Shown here: piece after piece, positions 52,691-64,000 of the stretch
Layout of the letters: each line of letters opens with the position of its first letter
Position numbering within the stretch: the first letter of the stretch is position 1
From: Octopus sinensis
Lineage: Eukaryota
Assembly: GCF_006345805.1 (NCBI RefSeq)
Contig: NC_043001.1
Location: 126,108,001 to 126,172,000, forward strand
Reading direction: 5' to 3'
DNA length: 64,000 bases
The notes under the pieces: model-generated
What the model was told of the DNA's origin: nothing
The model's input: the letters and a program-made list of their open reading frames with translations, nothing else
Database searches by the model: none
Made by a program: the position numbers and the translations under genes

Positions 52691-53348
52691 TATCACCTAT
52701 ACCATTAGCTGGCATATACAGGTGCTTACATTTATCAAATATTCACCCTGTATATATATGTATACATACATAGATACTCTCTCTCTCACACACACACGAC
52801 TACTAATATATTTTCAGTTGAACTATATATAATACGAAACTATTTTTTCTGGGAAAACATATCTTTATGTTTTCATTTTTCAAATACATAAACACATAGA
52901 ATGAAACTATTTTCCACTCATGTTAAAAAGTTAAACTTGTTTTAATTATACAAAAAATATATATTTTGATGCATTTTCAACTTTTTCTCAATATTTTCCC
53001 CATATATAATAATCGTAATTGATCATCAAAATGTGTTAAAGTCTTTCTTTGTCATCTTATTTGGATTATAGGCGCAGGTGTGGCTATGTGGTAAGAAGCT
53101 TGCTTCCCAACCATATGGATCCGAGTTCAGTCTCACTGTGTGGCACCTTGGGCAAGTGTCTTCTACTATAGCCTCAGGCCGACCAAAGCCTTGTGAGTGG
53201 TTTTGGTAGACGGGAACTGAAAGAAGCCCGTCGTAATATATATATATATGCAAGAAGAAAATGGAGGAAAAATAGTAGGGGGAAGTTGGTCGTTTGTGCT
53301 AGTAAGCCATTAATTTAATTAATTAATAAAGAAAAGTGGTAGTAATAG

Positions 53349-53404
53349 TACATTTACGATCGTTTCTCTTTACCAGTTGTAGTGGTAGACATCATCAGAA
53401 TGCA
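53349..53404 (-). ncRNA. Type I hammerhead in the 3' pLTR
   Basis: Reverse complement TGCATT-CTGATGA-TGTCTACCA-CTACAAC-TGGTAAAGA-GAAAC-GATC-GTA-AATGTA; palindromic stem III ACGATCGT; GUA triplet. Confidence 0.82.
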
Positions 53405-53915
53405 TAGTCATTTGTAAAGGTAAGAAGAGCGAAACACATAGGGACACATTGGTAATGAGAATAAAGACAAAGAATGGTGAGTCTTACATTATAGTAGATT
53501 TCTTAATTGATAATTCTGCTGCGAAGTGGATGTAGGATGGAGGTTATTTTGATCTGTAGTACCAAGTTTAAGTAAGTGCATATTTTCCACGTGTTTATTT
53601 TGGCTAGACTTTTCACCGGCGGTGTAAAGAAAGGGGGTTAACTCTAACTCATGGAGAAAAGGGGGCTAACTCTATCCGGATTACTCAGTCCGGGGTGAGT
53701 AAGGTATTTATGTGTCTTTTGGACTTAAAATTGTAGGAAGTTCGTAGTAATGGAGGAAGCCCTGTGTAGGTGGAAAACAATTTATTCTGGGGTGTGTAAA
53801 TCGAGTGGGGGTTCGGAGGTGAATGTTTGCGTGTAAGTGGTTTAAGTGGTTCCCGGCTAAATGGTATTATTCAGATGAAGAAGATAGCGTAGGATTTATA
53901 CAGGGTCAAGCGGGT

Positions 53916-56694
53916 TTACCGATACTTGGAAAAGACAAAGAGGACTTTATGTAGACAAAATATTACTATTCTCATATTTTCTATTAAGAAGAGGCGGTTT
54001 AGACTTTAGAATTTCCAGGCGTTTGGTTAAACAGAGATCGCACAGTCTATAGGTAGAGTTGTAAGAAGTTGTAAGAGTATGCGCCATTCTAATCAATCTT
54101 CTATTTTTTTGTCCTTAAACTCCCAGATATAGCTACTAAGCCCTGTTGAATTTGCCATACTCCTATTTCTGAAGCTAGATTGGTGTGCGTTGTACCTAGG
54201 TATCATTTTGTTTTTCGTGGGTCCTATATACGATTTTATATGGCTATTTGTGTGTACGTCACATTGGTAAACTACGTTTTTAGTCTTACATCTATTAGAG
54301 AATTGGCACTTACTTCTATCCCTGAAGCCACATAAATTATTAGGTATATCTGTGTTCGTGTTATGTTGTGGGGGGCTATAATTACTCTGGTCTTTATCTG
54401 TGTTAGTAGGAGGTGCTTCATTAGTGGTGGGATTTGTTCTATTAGTCTGTTGGTTGTTAGATTTATTGTTCCTAATTTTCCTAGCTTCATAGAATGCGTC
54501 TAATTTTTATATTATTAATCGAGGCTATGATGGTAGCTAGGTTAATAGTCAGGCTATGGCCTACTCTAATTTTATTCCTAAATATTGCTGCATATTTATT
54601 ATTTACGTTTAAGTGTTTATCTATTATTTTCATTGATGAGCGAACTATGTTGGATTTGAGGTGCATGGGAAAAGGGATTCCGAGCCAGATCTTATCAATA
54701 TTACGTTTATTGCTAGTATTGCTTTGTCTGGTATAGAAACTACCCTCATTGTTTGTAAGGCATGTGAAATTATAGTTATGGCTATCGAGTTTATTTCTAT
54801 GGTTGGGTTTATCTTTCCTATTGCTCCTGTCTGTTTTATTGGGGGTTATTTTTGTATGGTTTATGTGGACTCAATAACCTGGTGTTATGGTTTTTAACAG
54901 GGTTTATCTTTATTCTTTTGGGCTCTTTATTTTTATTCTTATCGATGTGTAGGTTTGTATAGCTATTATTTTTCAACTTATTTTTCAACTTATTTTTATA
55001 ATTCGTATTATTAGTCTTGTTAATGTTGTTAATTTTATTGATTATCACATTGTTGGTATTCATGTTGTCGCTGTTTTGGTGATTTGTGTATGGGACTTAA
55101 CATTTTTTCTATTGCTATTATTTTTGTTGAGCTTATCTACGCTGTTCTTATTATTGGTGTAGTTTGTAGGGACGTTTGGTCTGTGGTTAGTATTAAAGGT
55201 AATATCGTGTGGATTTCTGTTATTTAGGTAACTTGTATAGTGATTGGGGTCTAGGTATTTAATTATTTGTTAAAATCCTGCTTTATCTAGTGCGATATTA
55301 TATATTTCCTTATGCTTATTAAAAATATGTTGACTGGAAGAGAGGTGTGATATTCTATTTCTAATGCTATGTACTAAACCTCACTTAATAAAGTTCGGAT
55401 GGTTACTGGATGCATTTATGTATTTGAGGTTAGTGTTAGGTTTTATATAGGATTCGTGGAGTCCTGTGGCTAAGTTGCAGTTTGCGTCTAAGTCGTTAAT
55501 AGAGTTGTGTTCCTTTTCTATAGAAATAGATAGTCCAAATCTTTTAAATAATTTGTGTTGTTTTTTCTTGATAAGCTCTAGCTTCCTATTTGAGGGTTTA
55601 TTTATTATAAAAAGTGCGTCGTGCCTGTATAATCCACCCTTGAGTTCTGGGAATTCATCCAGTATGTATGATAGCAAATAAATGCCCACCAGGTCAGTTA
55701 CCTGTGCAGAATCTGGGGCTTCCATGGTGATATCAAAAGAGTTAGGGGAGTCCTTTCGTACCCAAATTTTATTATCAAAGCTTATAACTGATTTCATCGC
55801 TTCTAGTATTACTTTTATTTCCTTCATAGTTAATTGCGTGTGAATTTTGGCAAATATTAGGGCGCAATTCAGGATCGTAGGGTTAATTGAGGAGTTGTAA
55901 TCTACTATATCTATCTGTATGAATTTGTAGTTCCTCGTATTCTGTATATTGGAGAAACAGTTTATGGCTTCATATGTGTTGGATCATAATTCTAGGGCTA
56001 TTCAACTTTTTAACTTGGGGATGTATTTGTCGAGTATTAGTTTACTTGATGTTCATAGGTACGATTTATTTGGGCATATTAATCTTACTTTAGTATCGGT
56101 TAAGAAATTGGGTTTATGGTCTTTTAGTGTGATGCGAGGTCTGGATGGCACGAAGGGTTCAGTTTTGTCCTTTAAGTCGTAGTCTGTCATAATGTCTTTG
56201 GCTGCTAAATTCATAGACCTTAAAGTGGTATCCGGTGTTATTTTGTATTTTTTTGTAATTTCCTTATGTAGCAGTTGGTGGCATAAATTAATATCCAGAG
56301 TGTAGAAGTTCCGTGTTTTATCGGAGTGAATAATAATTCCGTTTTATGATTTGAGCTTGTGTAGTAGGTCTTTTAGGTTCTCTTGGTAGCTGCTATTTCT
56401 TAGTGGGTGACGTATGAATTGTAGATTCTTGATGGTATCCCATATTTCGTTTTCAAAGGCGTCTAAATGGCTGTTTGGTGGGGGTGTTTTCCTAGTCTTA
56501 AAGACTCCTTTGGTGAAGTCGTTATTATTGCGATGGTGTTGTGACTCAGGCTGGGCGTTTTTGTCATAAAATAAGGCCTCCCAACGTAAACGGTGGGTGA
56601 AGTCTGTTATTTTGCTGATGACTTCTTTAAGGTATACATTTTTGGATGGAATGAGTATATCTTTTAAGAATGCTTCTATTGTTATTTGCTCCAT
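53916..56694 (-). pseudogene. Penelope-type RT / GIY-YIG endonuclease ORF, disrupted
   Basis: DFTHRLRWEALFY (N-terminus); FDITMEAPDSAQVTDLVG and LYRHD (decayed YRDD); SSNHP; CKTKNVVYQC...YIGPT...RYNAHQSSF...LSSYIW...CDLCL...LLNRKYE (GIY-YIG); in-frame stops and frameshifts. Confidence 0.9.
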
Positions 56695-56994
56695 TTATCC
56701 AGTGTGTGCCTATTTGAGGCTGGCTAAGGCAGTCTTAGTCAGAGGTTTATAAGTTATGTAGGTATAAGTTAGAAGTGCTTAAAACCTCTAAGGGATGCTT
56801 AACTCCAAAGGCGCTCCTGGTGATTAGCTTCATAGATACAGTCCTTGGTAAAAGGTATACGGTAGCAGGTAATTCAATGGATAAACCGTAGTTTAAATTA
56901 TATGCAAGAAGAAATTGAGGAAAAATAACAGGAAGAAATCTCGTTACCAATGTATCCCTCTGTCTTCCGATCTTCTTACCTCTACATACGACTA

Positions 56995-57050
56995 TGCCTT
57001 CTGATGATGTCTACCACTACAACTGGTAAAGAGAAACGATCGTAAATGTA
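56995..57050 (+). ncRNA. Type I hammerhead in the inverted 5' pLTR
   Basis: Same motif as the 3' pLTR copy, with one stem I mismatch. Confidence 0.75.
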
Positions 57051-57852
57051 CTATTACTACCACTTGTCTTTATTAATTAATTAAATTAATGGCTTACTAG
57101 CGCAAACGACCAACTTCTCCCTGTTATTTTTCCTTCATTTTCTTCTTGCATATAATTTAAACTACGGTTTATCCGCTGAATTACTTGCTACCGTATACCT
57201 TTTACCAAGGACTACGCAGGTAATCACCAGGAGCGCCTTTGGATTTAACCATCCCTTAGACGTTTTAAACACCTCTAACTTATACACACTCACACATACA
57301 TAATACATACAACATACATACATACATACACACATACACACATACATACATACATACATACATATAGACTATATTATATATATATATATATTATATATTA
57401 TATATTATATATATTTATGTGTGTCGCCATTGCTTGACAAGCGTTTATGTCCCCGTAACTTAACGCTTCCGCAATAGTGACTGATGTACTAGGTCTACAA
57501 AGAATAATTTCTGGGGATGATTTCTTAGACTAAAACCCAAGTAAAAGGATGTAAGAATATATGTATGTATCATATAGGCCAGTTGCTATTAACCGGGGTC
57601 CACATAAAATTTTGTTGTTAAAATTTTTATCCAAGAAATTGCTTATACGTCTATAATACACAAAATATTTAACATTTCTTTTATATAATTTCTAATGATA
57701 TTCAATTATGAAAATATGATAGAATTTTTTAAAGCATCGAATGGGTAGGAGGGTCAGTCCGAATAAAATTGGAATCAAATGATCCATAGGTAAAAAAAAA
57801 AAATGATTGAGAAACACTGACATAGATAAATTGATAGTGTGTGTGTGTGTGA

Positions 57853-57894
<42 letters not shown>

Positions 57895-58129
57895 AATTGG
57901 CCGATTGGGAATAGTTTTTGGAATAAATAGACAGACAAATAGCCAGATAGATAGAGGGATAAATAAGTGGATAGATAAATAAGTAGGTGGATGGTTATAA
58001 AATATATATGTATGTGTATGTCTTTCCCTCTCTACATGTATATACATTCATATATATATATATATATATATAATATATATAAATTCGGTATGTGGGTAAG
58101 CAATTCGTTGCTAAACCTTTATTGGCTTA

Positions 58130-58183
<54 letters not shown>

Positions 58184-58195
58184 GATAGATAGATA

Positions 58196-58361
58196 AGTTT
58201 CTTTATTGGCCACACAGGGCTGCACACAGAGGGACAAGTTACAAGGTAGAGCTCTTCTTTTGGGGGATGAAAAAAACAAAAAAACAAAAGAAAAAAAAGG
58301 GGTGGCGTAGGTTTTCGATCTAGAGGGATCGTAAAAGAGAAGAAAAGAACAAAAAAAAAAA
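58196..58361 (-). mobile_element. 3'-terminal ~166-bp fragment of the Tx1-like LINE, inside (GATA)n
   Basis: Near-identical to 3287-3456, with the same truncation point. Confidence 0.9.
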
Positions 58362-58850
58362 GATAGATAGATAGATAGATAGATAAATAGAGAGAGAGAA
58401 AGAGAGAAGGAAAAACGGAAGAGAGAAAGCGAGAGAGATTAATAGATATACAGAAAAACAGGGAGAGCTGGAGGAATGGAGGAGGAAGAATAAATACAAT
58501 CTGTATCTTTTCGTCCGTCTAATCGCAAGAAATGTAAGCTTTAATAGCTCCCTAATGATGTGTGCTTTATCACAGTGGCCATGTTTATGTTAGAACTGGG
58601 TGGTGGTAGTGGAAGGTGGGCGGGCAGCGTGAATACCGGCAGTAGTGGTTGTTGTTGTTGTTGTTGTTGTTGTCAGTGGTAGTGGAGTTGGCAGTGGTTG
58701 TAGTGGTGTCGTAGTGTTTGTTGGTGGTGAAAGATTTCTTCTGACCGGACTGACCAGCGAGCGACCCACTTTTAATGTCAAACAGTAGTTAGTCCGAGTC
58801 AATGAAAGTAGCCGAATTGTCTCGGATATCACACTACTACTACTACTACG

Positions 58851-58900
<50 letters not shown>

Positions 58901-60366
58901 ACCACCACCACCACCACCACCACCACCACCACTACTACTACTACTACTACCACCACCACCACCACCACTACTTACTACTACTACTACTACTATTACTACT
59001 ACTGACGCTGTTGCTGTTGCTGCTGCCTTTAGGCGTAAATTGAAAGACTAGACTGATGACCAAAAAGCCTTTGATCATATGTCGTTTGCCGGATTAAGGT
59101 TGTCTTGGAGTTGTTTGAACAACGAAAGCAATAGTTTGTAAGCCAAAGCCTCAAAAACTTTCCTCAAATCATGTTTCACGGTCTCAAATGGGAACTTGTT
59201 GATTGATGCAGTCCTATGACTACAAATAGTGGATTTACTTTCTTTTTCAGAACTGTGTTCTATCTAATATTTTAAATTAAAATTGGGGCTAAGTACTGCT
59301 TTAAAAATTCAATTTATAAAGGTCAAAATCTTATCGAATATCATATTAAATTATCAACTAAGTAAATTAAATTCGACCTCTAAGAGTATGGTTTTATACA
59401 TACACATATATTTCCTGCATGTGGACCGTTAGCGATTTTCCCTCTCGTCTTCTATTTCTTTTGGACTTTCCTCTGTCACCTGTTTCTGAAAAAGGGCTTT
59501 GCTCGAAACATAAAGCATTCTTCCTTTCATTCTCTGAGCATCTTATTAACACTTTGCATGTACCACGTCCTCGCGTTGTTATTTTTGTTCTTGTCTTTTT
59601 TCTCCATTTAAAAAAAAATAATCATATATATAAATGCGACGGGATTCTTTCAGTTTCCGTCTACTATATCCACTCACAAAGATTTGGTCGACCTGAGGCT
59701 TTGATCTCTTATTTTGATTATATTTTACTCTTCGCTAAACCCACACAATAGTTTTACTGTCGTGAAACCAGGCTTTTCTAATCATAAATTAAGAACAATT
59801 ATTTATTGATATTCAGTACTCCGCTACTCCAATCTCAGTTGTAACAATTTCAGATTCACTAGGCGATATCACTTGGCTCTTCCATGCCAAGTTGAACATA
59901 AAAAGTTGATGAGGGTTTTACTGAAGACTAAGGTATCTGATCTCAACCTTTTCGACCTTGGCATGAGACAGGGGAACTGCTTTGAATGTGGGTGGTTGGA
60001 CGGTCTTCAAGACAGACTGGACCGATAATCGGATTCGTCCTATATACGGATGTACAATGCTAACACTTTTGAGAGATTAATAATAATAATAATCAGTATC
60101 AGAAAGTATCAAGAGGAATATAAAGGAAATTGGAATAGAGTGCTCAGTAGAACTGTTACAAAAGATAGCCAAAATGAGTTGTAGCTGTAATTGAAAGGGG
60201 CCAACCTTGTCATATTCTGTGTGAGGCCGAATCTCCCTGAGAACTACGCATGTCTGTGGAGTACTTAGCCACTTGCGAGTTAATTTTATCCTCGTATGGT
60301 AATGAAAAGTGAAAGTAACATCCATTGTTTGTTTTAATTATTTGCCTTTAATTTAACAATGTGTCT

Positions 60367-60813
60367 ATAGGCGCAGGAGTGGCTGTATGGTAAGTAGCTT
60401 GCTTACTAACCACATGGTTTCGGTTTCAGTCCCACTGCGTGGTACCTTAGGCAAGTGTTTTCTACTATAGCCTTGGGCTGACCAAAGCCTTGTGAGTGTA
60501 TTTGGTAGACGGAAACTGAAAGAAGCCTGTCGCATATATGTATGTATATATATATATATGTATATATATGTATATATATGTGTATATAAATATATATATA
60601 TATATGTCTTTGTGTCTGTGTTTGCCCGCCCAACATCGCTTAACAACCTATGTTGGTGTGTTTACGTCCCCGTACATTAGCGGTTCGGCATAAGAGACCG
60701 ATAGAATAAGTACTAGACTTACAAACAAGTGCTGGGGTCGATTTGTTCGATTAAAAGCGGTGCTCTAGCATAGCTGCAGTCAAATGACTGAAACAAATAA
60801 AAAAAATAAAAGA
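60367..60813 (+). mobile_element. Bipartite tRNA-derived SINE, full length
   Basis: Head ATAGGCGCAGGAGTGGCTG..., TA/TG microsatellite, 3' half ending GACTGAAACAAATAAAA. Confidence 0.85.
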
Positions 60814-61682
60814 ATGTATCTATGTATCAACTTTTCTTTCGATCTATGTGCCTACTGTCTCTCTTACTTTCTTTCTTTCTCTCTCACTTCCTCTCTCCCA
60901 CTTTGCCACTCACTTCTTCCTTTGAAGTAAGTGTGATACACACCACAGATACGTACATGCAAAAACAAAATGTTGGCGTATTAATATTATTAATAATAAT
61001 CTTTTATACTAAGGATACAAAGCCTGAATTTTTGGAGGGAAATGCAAGGAGCTAGTCCATTAAATCAACCCCAGCGCTCAACTGGTACTTATTTCATTGA
61101 TCCTATGAATGAAAGGCAAAGTTGACCTCGGCAGAAATTAAACACAGAACGTAAAGACGGACGAAATGCTGCTAAGTCTGGTGTCTTAACGAGCCTGTCA
61201 GATCACCATCTTAATAACAACAACAAAAACAGCAACAGCAGTAGCAGTATCAGTAACAATAGCAGCAGCAACAACAACAATAATAATGAATATTAAATTT
61301 CCAGGACCTTAACAAAACAAGTTAATTTGAAGATCCATCCGTAAGTGTTATCGCCAAAAATAATATTGTATAAACCTGTCTAATGTTTTTATTATAAGGA
61401 TTTCTTCTCAATTAGAAGATTAAATCAGGATTATTGAGTGTTAGTATCAGTGTTATTTCTACTAACACACTCAATATCATTGTTGATATTTAGACACGGT
61501 TGTTATTGTTGCTGCCGCTGTTGTTGTTGGTGGTAGTGTTGGTAACGGTGGTGATGGTGGTGATGGTGGTGATAGTGGTAGAAAGGGATTTGGTGGCGAT
61601 GGTGATGTCAAATTTGTAGTCATGGATTTTGATTCAGTGGCATGTTCAACTCCATTCCTAATTGCATTATATGATCATTACC

Positions 61683-61913
61683 CATTTCTTTATTACCCAC
61701 AAGGGGCTAAACATAGAAGGGACAAACAAAGACAGACATAGGTATTAAGTCGATTACATCGACCCCAGTACGTAACTGGTACTTAATTTATCGACCCCGA
61801 AAGGATGAAAGGTAAAGTCGACCTCGGCGGAATTTGAACTCACAACGTAACGGCAGACGAAATACCGCTAAGCATTTCGCCGACGTGCTAACGTTTCTGC
61901 CAGCTCGCAGCCT
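61683..61913 (-). mobile_element. SINE, tail type 1, full length
   Basis: TSD TATG(A/C)TCATTACC at 61670-61682 and 61914-61926. Confidence 0.9.
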
Positions 61914-62064
61914 TATGCTCATTACCACTCGACTGATGGTATGAATGTTGCTGCTGAAAATGATGATGATGACGATGATGATGATAACAATGATGATGAT
62001 GACGACGATAACGAAGATGACGACGACGACGACAATGACGACGATGATGATGATAATGATGATT

Positions 62065-62492
62065 ATTTCTAATCCAGCAAGTTCAGGAAAGTGGGTAAGT
62101 CGATTGCATCAACCTCCCCAGTGCTCAACTGGTACTTATTTTATCGACTCTGAAAGGATGAAAGGTAAAGTCGACTTCGGCGGAGTTTGAACCCAGGACG
62201 TAAAGACGGACGAAATGCTGCAAAACATTCTGCCCGGTTTGCTAACGATTCTGCCAGCTCACCGCCTGCCTTAGTCACTATGTAATATTGGTTTCAAATT
62301 TTGGCACGAGGCCAGCAAATTCGGAGGAGGCGGGGTAAGTTTATTACATTAGCCCTAGTGCTCAACTAGTATTTATTTTATCAACCCCGAAAGAATGAAA
62401 AGGTAAAGTCGACTTAAGCAGAATTCGAACCCGGAACGTAAAGACGGACGTAATGCCACAAAGCGTTTTGCTCTGACGTGCTAATGACTCTA
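62065..62492 (-). mobile_element. Two tandem diverged SINE copies (62065-62270 and 62287-62492); another at about 61014-61212
   Basis: Shared core GAAAGGTAAAGTCGAC and head remnants. Confidence 0.75.
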
Positions 62493-62776
62493 AAGACAAC
62501 TGAAAATAGAGGTGCGAAAAACTTAAAAAAAAAAAAAGGATAAAAACCGGATAACCAAGACACGCACATACGCACGCACACACAAACACTCACACACACA
62601 CAAATACCCCTCAATCAGGAGCTTGTTCCGAAATCCGTCACTCACCGCATAAAATGTCACACAATAATCGATAGTTTTTCTCCACCACTACTCAACGACT
62701 CAAATATATCAACGTTTTGTTCCCCTTTTTCTGTTGTCTTTTACTCCTTTCCAAGGAATTACTTTATTGATATAAT

Positions 62777-62815
<39 letters not shown>

Positions 62816-63336
62816 GACACAGGTGTAAAGAATATGAAATAAAACAGCCAAAATAGAGGGAAATGAAAAGGATTCGGTAAAATGAGTTGAAAGATTCGGG
62901 TATCTTGACGTCATCGGGTACCTGTTAAACATCCGATCGGATATCTTCAAAAAAAAAAAAAAAAAAATCTACCGGTGTTCATGTTGTTTGTTGGTGAGAT
63001 AATATTGTTGCTGTTGTTCTTGTTCTTGTTGTTTGACTCAAGGTAGCTCTGACCGAGAAACGTCATGATGTAAGGTATTCTAACCGTGGCCATCTCGTCT
63101 TTTATTCAGATTTAGCGTATCTAACGATTATACACATAATGGTGATAGGGGATCTCCGTTGCTCAACGATGATGATTTGGTTGTTCGATGAGCGGTATTG
63201 CCTTCTCCTGAATTAGTAAGTGGCCGAGAGTCAGTACGATGGGAAAAATGCTGAGCGGCGTTTCGTTCATCTTTAAGTTCTGAGTTCAAATTCCGCCGAG
63301 GCCTTTCATCCTTTCAGAGTCGATAATATAAGTACC

Positions 63337-63562
63337 TATTTCTGTACTACCCACAAGGGGCTAAACACAGAGAGGATAAACAGGGACGCCAAACGGATTA
63401 AGTCGATTATATCGACCCCAGTATGTAACTGGTACTTAATTTATCGACCCCGAAAGGATGAAAGGCAAAGTCGACCTCGGCGGAATTTGAGCTCAGAACG
63501 TAACGGCAGACGAAATACCGCTAAGCATTCCGTCCGGCGTGCTAACGATTCTGCCAGCTCGC
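63337..63562 (-). mobile_element. SINE tail type 1 nested antisense in a tail-3 SINE (about 63225-63660, plus)
   Basis: 16-bp TSD CGATAATATAAGTACC at 63321-63336 and 63563-63578, made of host SINE core sequence. Confidence 0.92.
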
Positions 63563-64000
63563 CGATAATATAAGTACCAGTTGAGCACTGGAGCCGATGT
63601 AATCGACTTACACCCTGTCCCGAACTTGCTGGTCTTGTGGCAAAATTTGAAACCTATATGCAAGTGGCTGAGTATTCTAGAGACATATCAATCCACAATG
63701 CAAGTCTTAGGCAGAATCAGCATGACATTGTGTGTAACAAGGTTGGCCCTTTTGTATTTCATGTACAATCCACTTGACAGAATTCAGTACAGCTATCTTC
63801 CATATACTTCCACTAACAAGGTATAGGCCGAGCCGAAGGTCTAGAAAAAACATTTTCTTCAAGATGCTACGCGATATGGTCGAACCCAACCCTCATGGCT
63901 ACTAAGCGAACTTCTTAACTATTCGGACATATTACATATAATACGAATATATTACAGAAAAAAACCCCCAAGCACTGGCGATTTTTTACGAGAGTAGGCC

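Larger units (their letters stand above)
53245..57285 (-). mobile_element. Penelope-like element (RT + GIY-YIG) with a sense 3' pLTR and an inverted 5' pLTR, nested in a bipartite SINE
   Basis: 53245-53460 is the reverse complement of about 56939-57155; 5' foldback arms 56762-56936 and 57115-57284; host SINE halves at 53068-53240 and about 57420-57550. Confidence 0.92.

Noticed and set aside
53245-57155. TIR DNA transposon defined by the 210-bp inverted termini
   Set aside because: The interior encodes RT plus GIY-YIG and the termini carry hammerheads, which is PLE structure.
58740-58830. Small minus-strand exon between trinucleotide tracts
   Set aside because: No clear splice sites or protein similarity.
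59483-59515. Hammerhead in the pLTR-like unit 59410-59635
   Set aside because: Core is CTGAAAA and the cleavage triplet is mutated; homologous but not called as a ribozyme.

Overview
AT-rich eukaryotic non-genic (intronic or intergenic) DNA, almost certainly from an octopus. That assignment is inference from the repeat families and the very dense (TATC)n, (TACA)n, (TA)n and (GA)n tracts. No host protein-coding exon could be supported, and nearly all ORFs in the supplied track are microsatellite artefacts. The window contains: (1) a near full-length, frameshifted Tx1/L1-clade LINE (7347-12712) plus six shorter copies, whose 3' ends all sit at TATC repeats (one degenerate); (2) about 18 copies of a tRNA-derived SINE whose commonest 3' tail matches the last 44 nt of that LINE at 38/44 without gaps, several with clear 13-18 bp TSDs and three inserted into other SINEs; (3) a decayed full-length Penelope-like element (53245-57285) with a hammerhead ribozyme motif in both pseudo-LTRs; (4) about ten further short hammerhead-bearing pLTR-like units, five of them within 4.1-5.8 kb; (5) mariner, hAT, Helitron and RTE remnants and a bipartite SINE with an internal microsatellite. 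The most interesting candidate systems are the (TATC)n-targeting Tx1 LINE with its apparent tail-sharing partner SINE, and the population of minimal hammerhead ribozymes embedded in foldbacks. Coordinates were counted by hand (expect a few nt of error) and identities were estimated by eye unless a count is given. No database search was run.
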